This document shows positions 61,588-64,000 of a stretch of DNA of 64,000 bases, piece by piece. The notes beneath the pieces are model-generated. The model was given only the letters and a program-made list of their open reading frames with translations. It had not been told where the DNA came from and made no database searches. The stretch's first letter is position 1. The number at the start of each line of letters is the position of its first letter. A program made the translations under genes and the position numbers. This DNA is from a bacterium (GTDB lineage: Bacteria; RBG-13-61-14; DATKZS01), in assembly GCA_963674965.2 (NCBI GenBank), contig CAXXFL010000003.1, positions 96,001 to 160,000 of the forward strand. The letters run 5' to 3'.

Positions 61588-64000
61588 GCTTCACGCGCAT
61601 GAAGGAAAAGGCGAGGCTGGAGTGGGACGACTTCTCCAGCGAGGGAAGACCCCGCGTGCTCATAGGCTCGGCCACCTGCGGCCGGGCCGCCGGAGCTCTC
61701 GAGGTCCTCGAGGTTTTCCGCGACGAGTTCCGGAAGCGGGGCATGAGCGACGAGGTCAAGATTTACGAGGTCGGCTGCCTCGGCCTCTGCTACGCCGAGC
61801 CGCTCGTCGAGATCAAGGACGCCAAGGGCCTCCGGGTCCTCTACCGGGGAGTCATGCCCAGGACCGTGCCCAAGCTGATCGAGAAGCACGTCCTGAACGG
61901 CGAGCCCCACGAAAGGCGGGCCATGGCCGTCATGGGAGAGGGCCAATTAAAGGACGTTCCCTCCTTCGCCGACCTTCCCATGATCCAGAACCAGGTCAGG
62001 ATAGTCCTGCGCAACTGCGGGAACATCGACCCCACCAACGTGGACCACTACGTGGCCAGGGGAGGATACTCCGGCTTCGAGAGATGCCTCGCCATGTCCC
62101 CCGAGGAGGTGATCGAGGAGATGAAGGCCTCGGGCCTCCGGGGCAGGGGAGGGGCCGGTTTTCCCACCGGGCTTAAATGGTCCTTCGCCCGCAAGACCAA
62201 AAGCGACGACAAGTACGTCGTGTGCAACGCCGACGAGGGTGACCCCGGGGCCTTCATGGACAGGTCGGTCCTGGAGGGAGACCCCCACGCCGTGCTGGAG
62301 GGAATGCTTATCGCCGGCTACGCCATCGGCGCCAACCATGGATACGTCTACTGCCGGGCCGAGTACCCCCTGGCCATCGAGAGGCTCAAGATCGCCATCT
62401 CCCAGATGAAGGAAATGGGGGTCTTGGGCGAGAACGTCATGGGAAGCGGCTTTTGCTTCGACGTGAAAATCAAGATGGGCGCGGGGGCCTTCGTCTGCGG
62501 GGAGGAAACCTCGCTCATGGCCTCGATCGAGGGCCAAAGGGGCATGCCCCGCTCCAAGCCGCCCTTTCCCGCCGTTTCCGGACTCTTCGGCAAGCCCACC
62601 AACATCAACAACGTCGAGACCCTGGCGGCCGTTTCGGCCATCATGGAAAAGGGCGCCCAGTGGTACGCCGGGTACGGCACGGAGAAGAGCAGGGGGACCA
62701 AGACCTTCGCCCTGGCCGGCAAGATCAACCGCACCGGGCTCATCGAGGTCCCCCTCGGCATTCCGCTCTCGACCATCATCTTCGACGTGGGAGGCGGCAT
62801 CCTCCACAACAAGAAGTTCAAGGCCGTACAGACGGGCGGGCCCTCCGGCGGCTGCATCCCCCCCGAGCATCTGAACCTTCCCGTTGACTACGAGAACCTG
62901 GCCGAGGTCGGGTCGATCATGGGCTCGGGCGGCATGATAGTGATCGACGAGGACTCCTGCATGGTGGACGTGGCCAAGTACTTCCTGGGCTTCACCGAGG
63001 ACGAGTCCTGCGGCAAATGCGTGCCCTGCAGGATGGGAACCCAGCACCTGCGCCGTATCCTCACCGATATTACCGAGGGCAGGGGACATATTAAAATGCT
63101 CGACCAGATGCAGCTCATCGGCGACACCATGAAAAAGGGTTCCCTTTGCGGCCTGGGCCAGACGGCGGCCAACCCGGTCCTCAGCACCCTCCGTTATTTC
63201 AAGAACGAGTACGAGGCCCATATTTACGACCACAAGTGCCCGGCGACGGTATGCGCCGAGCTTTTCCTCAGCCCCTGCCAGCACGCCTGCCCCATCGAGA
63301 TGGACGTGCCCGCCTATATCGCGCTGGTCCGGGCGGGCCGGCTCGAGGACGCCTACCGGGTCCTGAAAAGGACCAACCCCTTCCCCAGCGTGTGCGGAAG
63401 GGTCTGCGGGCATTACTGCCAGAAGAAATGCCGACGGGCCCAGACGGACGAGCCGGTGGCCATTCGCGCCCTCAAGCGCTTCATCACCGACAACGCGCCT
63501 CATCCCAGGGCCGAGAAGATACCCGTCACGAGAAAGGAGAGGATCGCCGTCATCGGCGCCGGTCCCTCCGGCCTGACCTGCGCCTACGAACTGAGGAGGC
63601 GGGGCTACGAGGTGGTCGTGTTCGAGGCCTCGCCCAAGCCGGGCGGGATGCTGAGATGGGCCATCCCCGACTACCGCCTGCCCCCGGAAATCCTCGAGAA
63701 GGAAATCCAGGAAATAGTTGACATGGGAGTCGAGATCAGGACGGGCATCAAGGTGGGCGACGTGGAGAGCCTCGAGGCCCTGGACCGGCGCTTCGACCAT
63801 ATTTACCTGGCGGTGGGCGCGCAAAAGAGCGTTCCCCTCATGATACCCGGAGAGGACGCCGGAGGAGTGTACGGCGCCATCGAGTTTTTGAAGACGGTCA
63901 ACGCCGGGACGCCGCCGCCCGTGGGCAGGAAGGTGGCCGTGGTCGGCGGCGGCAACTCGGCCATCGACTCGGCCCGCTCGGCCGTAAGGCTGGGGGCGGA
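61584..64000 (+). CDS. NuoF/HydB-like FMN/NADH subunit fused to a GltD-like FAD/NAD(P)H domain; runs off the window and is absent from the supplied ORF track
   Basis: Translated by hand from the ATGA overlap: ATCG...GCLGLC, GRGGAGFPTG, NADEGDPGAFMD, GGPSGG, ESCGKCVPC; then in the same frame PCQHACP, VCGRVC, GAGPSG, GGGNSAID. Confidence 0.92.
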   Translation, partial: MSFTRMKEKARLEWDDFSSEGRPRVLIGSATCGRAAGALEVLEVFRDEFRKRGMSDEVKIYEVGCLGLCYAEPLVEIKDAKGLRVLYRGVMPRTVPKLIEKHVLNGEPHERRAMAVMGEGQLKDVPSFADLPMIQNQVRIVLRNCGNIDPTNVDHYVARGGYSGFERCLAMSPEEVIEEMKASGLRGRGGAGFPTGLKWSFARKTKSDDKYVVCNADEGDPGAFMDRSVLEGDPHAVLEGMLIAGYAIGANHGYVYCRAEYPLAIERLKIAISQMKEMGVLGENVMGSGFCFDVKIKMGAGAFVCGEETSLMASIEGQRGMPRSKPPFPAVSGLFGKPTNINNVETLAAVSAIMEKGAQWYAGYGTEKSRGTKTFALAGKINRTGLIEVPLGIPLSTIIFDVGGGILHNKKFKAVQTGGPSGGCIPPEHLNLPVDYENLAEVGSIMGSGGMIVIDEDSCMVDVAKYFLGFTEDESCGKCVPCRMGTQHLRRILTDITEGRGHIKMLDQMQLIGDTMKKGSLCGLGQTAANPVLSTLRYFKNEYEAHIYDHKCPATVCAELFLSPCQHACPIEMDVPAYIALVRAGRLEDAYRVLKRTNPFPSVCGRVCGHYCQKKCRRAQTDEPVAIRALKRFITDNAPHPRAEKIPVTRKERIAVIGAGPSGLTCAYELRRRGYEVVVFEASPKPGGMLRWAIPDYRLPPEILEKEIQEIVDMGVEIRTGIKVGDVESLEALDRRFDHIYLAVGAQKSVPLMIPGEDAGGVYGAIEFLKTVNAGTPPPVGRKVAVVGGGNSAIDSARSAVRLGA

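Noticed and set aside
61947..63824. 625-aa minus-strand ORF
   Set aside because: Antisense shadow of the NuoF::GltD gene, typical of high-GC codon usage; no motifs of its own.

Overview
A gene-dense, GC-rich (about 60% by eye) bacterial chromosomal segment. Gene content suggests an anaerobic diderm of the former Deltaproteobacteria (inference). It carries housekeeping genes (carB, khpA, pyrE, glmS, glmU, prmC, murA, hisD, suhB, xth, cobB, larE-like, ymdB-like) and a type II secretion cluster gspC-K with no gspL/M/N/O beside it. It also has two Thr-type sulfatase-like genes (one split by a 1-nt frameshift), several exported TPR/lipoproteins, two tandem porin paralogues, and the start of a NuoE plus NuoF::GltD-fusion oxidoreductase operon that runs off the right edge. 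I found no rRNA, tRNA, CRISPR array or mobile element. The best candidates for something undescribed are: (i) a stand-alone cNMP-binding protein followed by an Hsp70 reduced to its ATPase domain, with a degenerate allosteric surface; (ii) a cluster of a TPR-like protein, a GH57/GH38-like FN3 lipoprotein and a phospholipase D, converging on a GT-C-like membrane protein; (iii) strong over-representation of the palindrome CTCGAG. All family calls come from recognising motifs by eye; no database searches were run.
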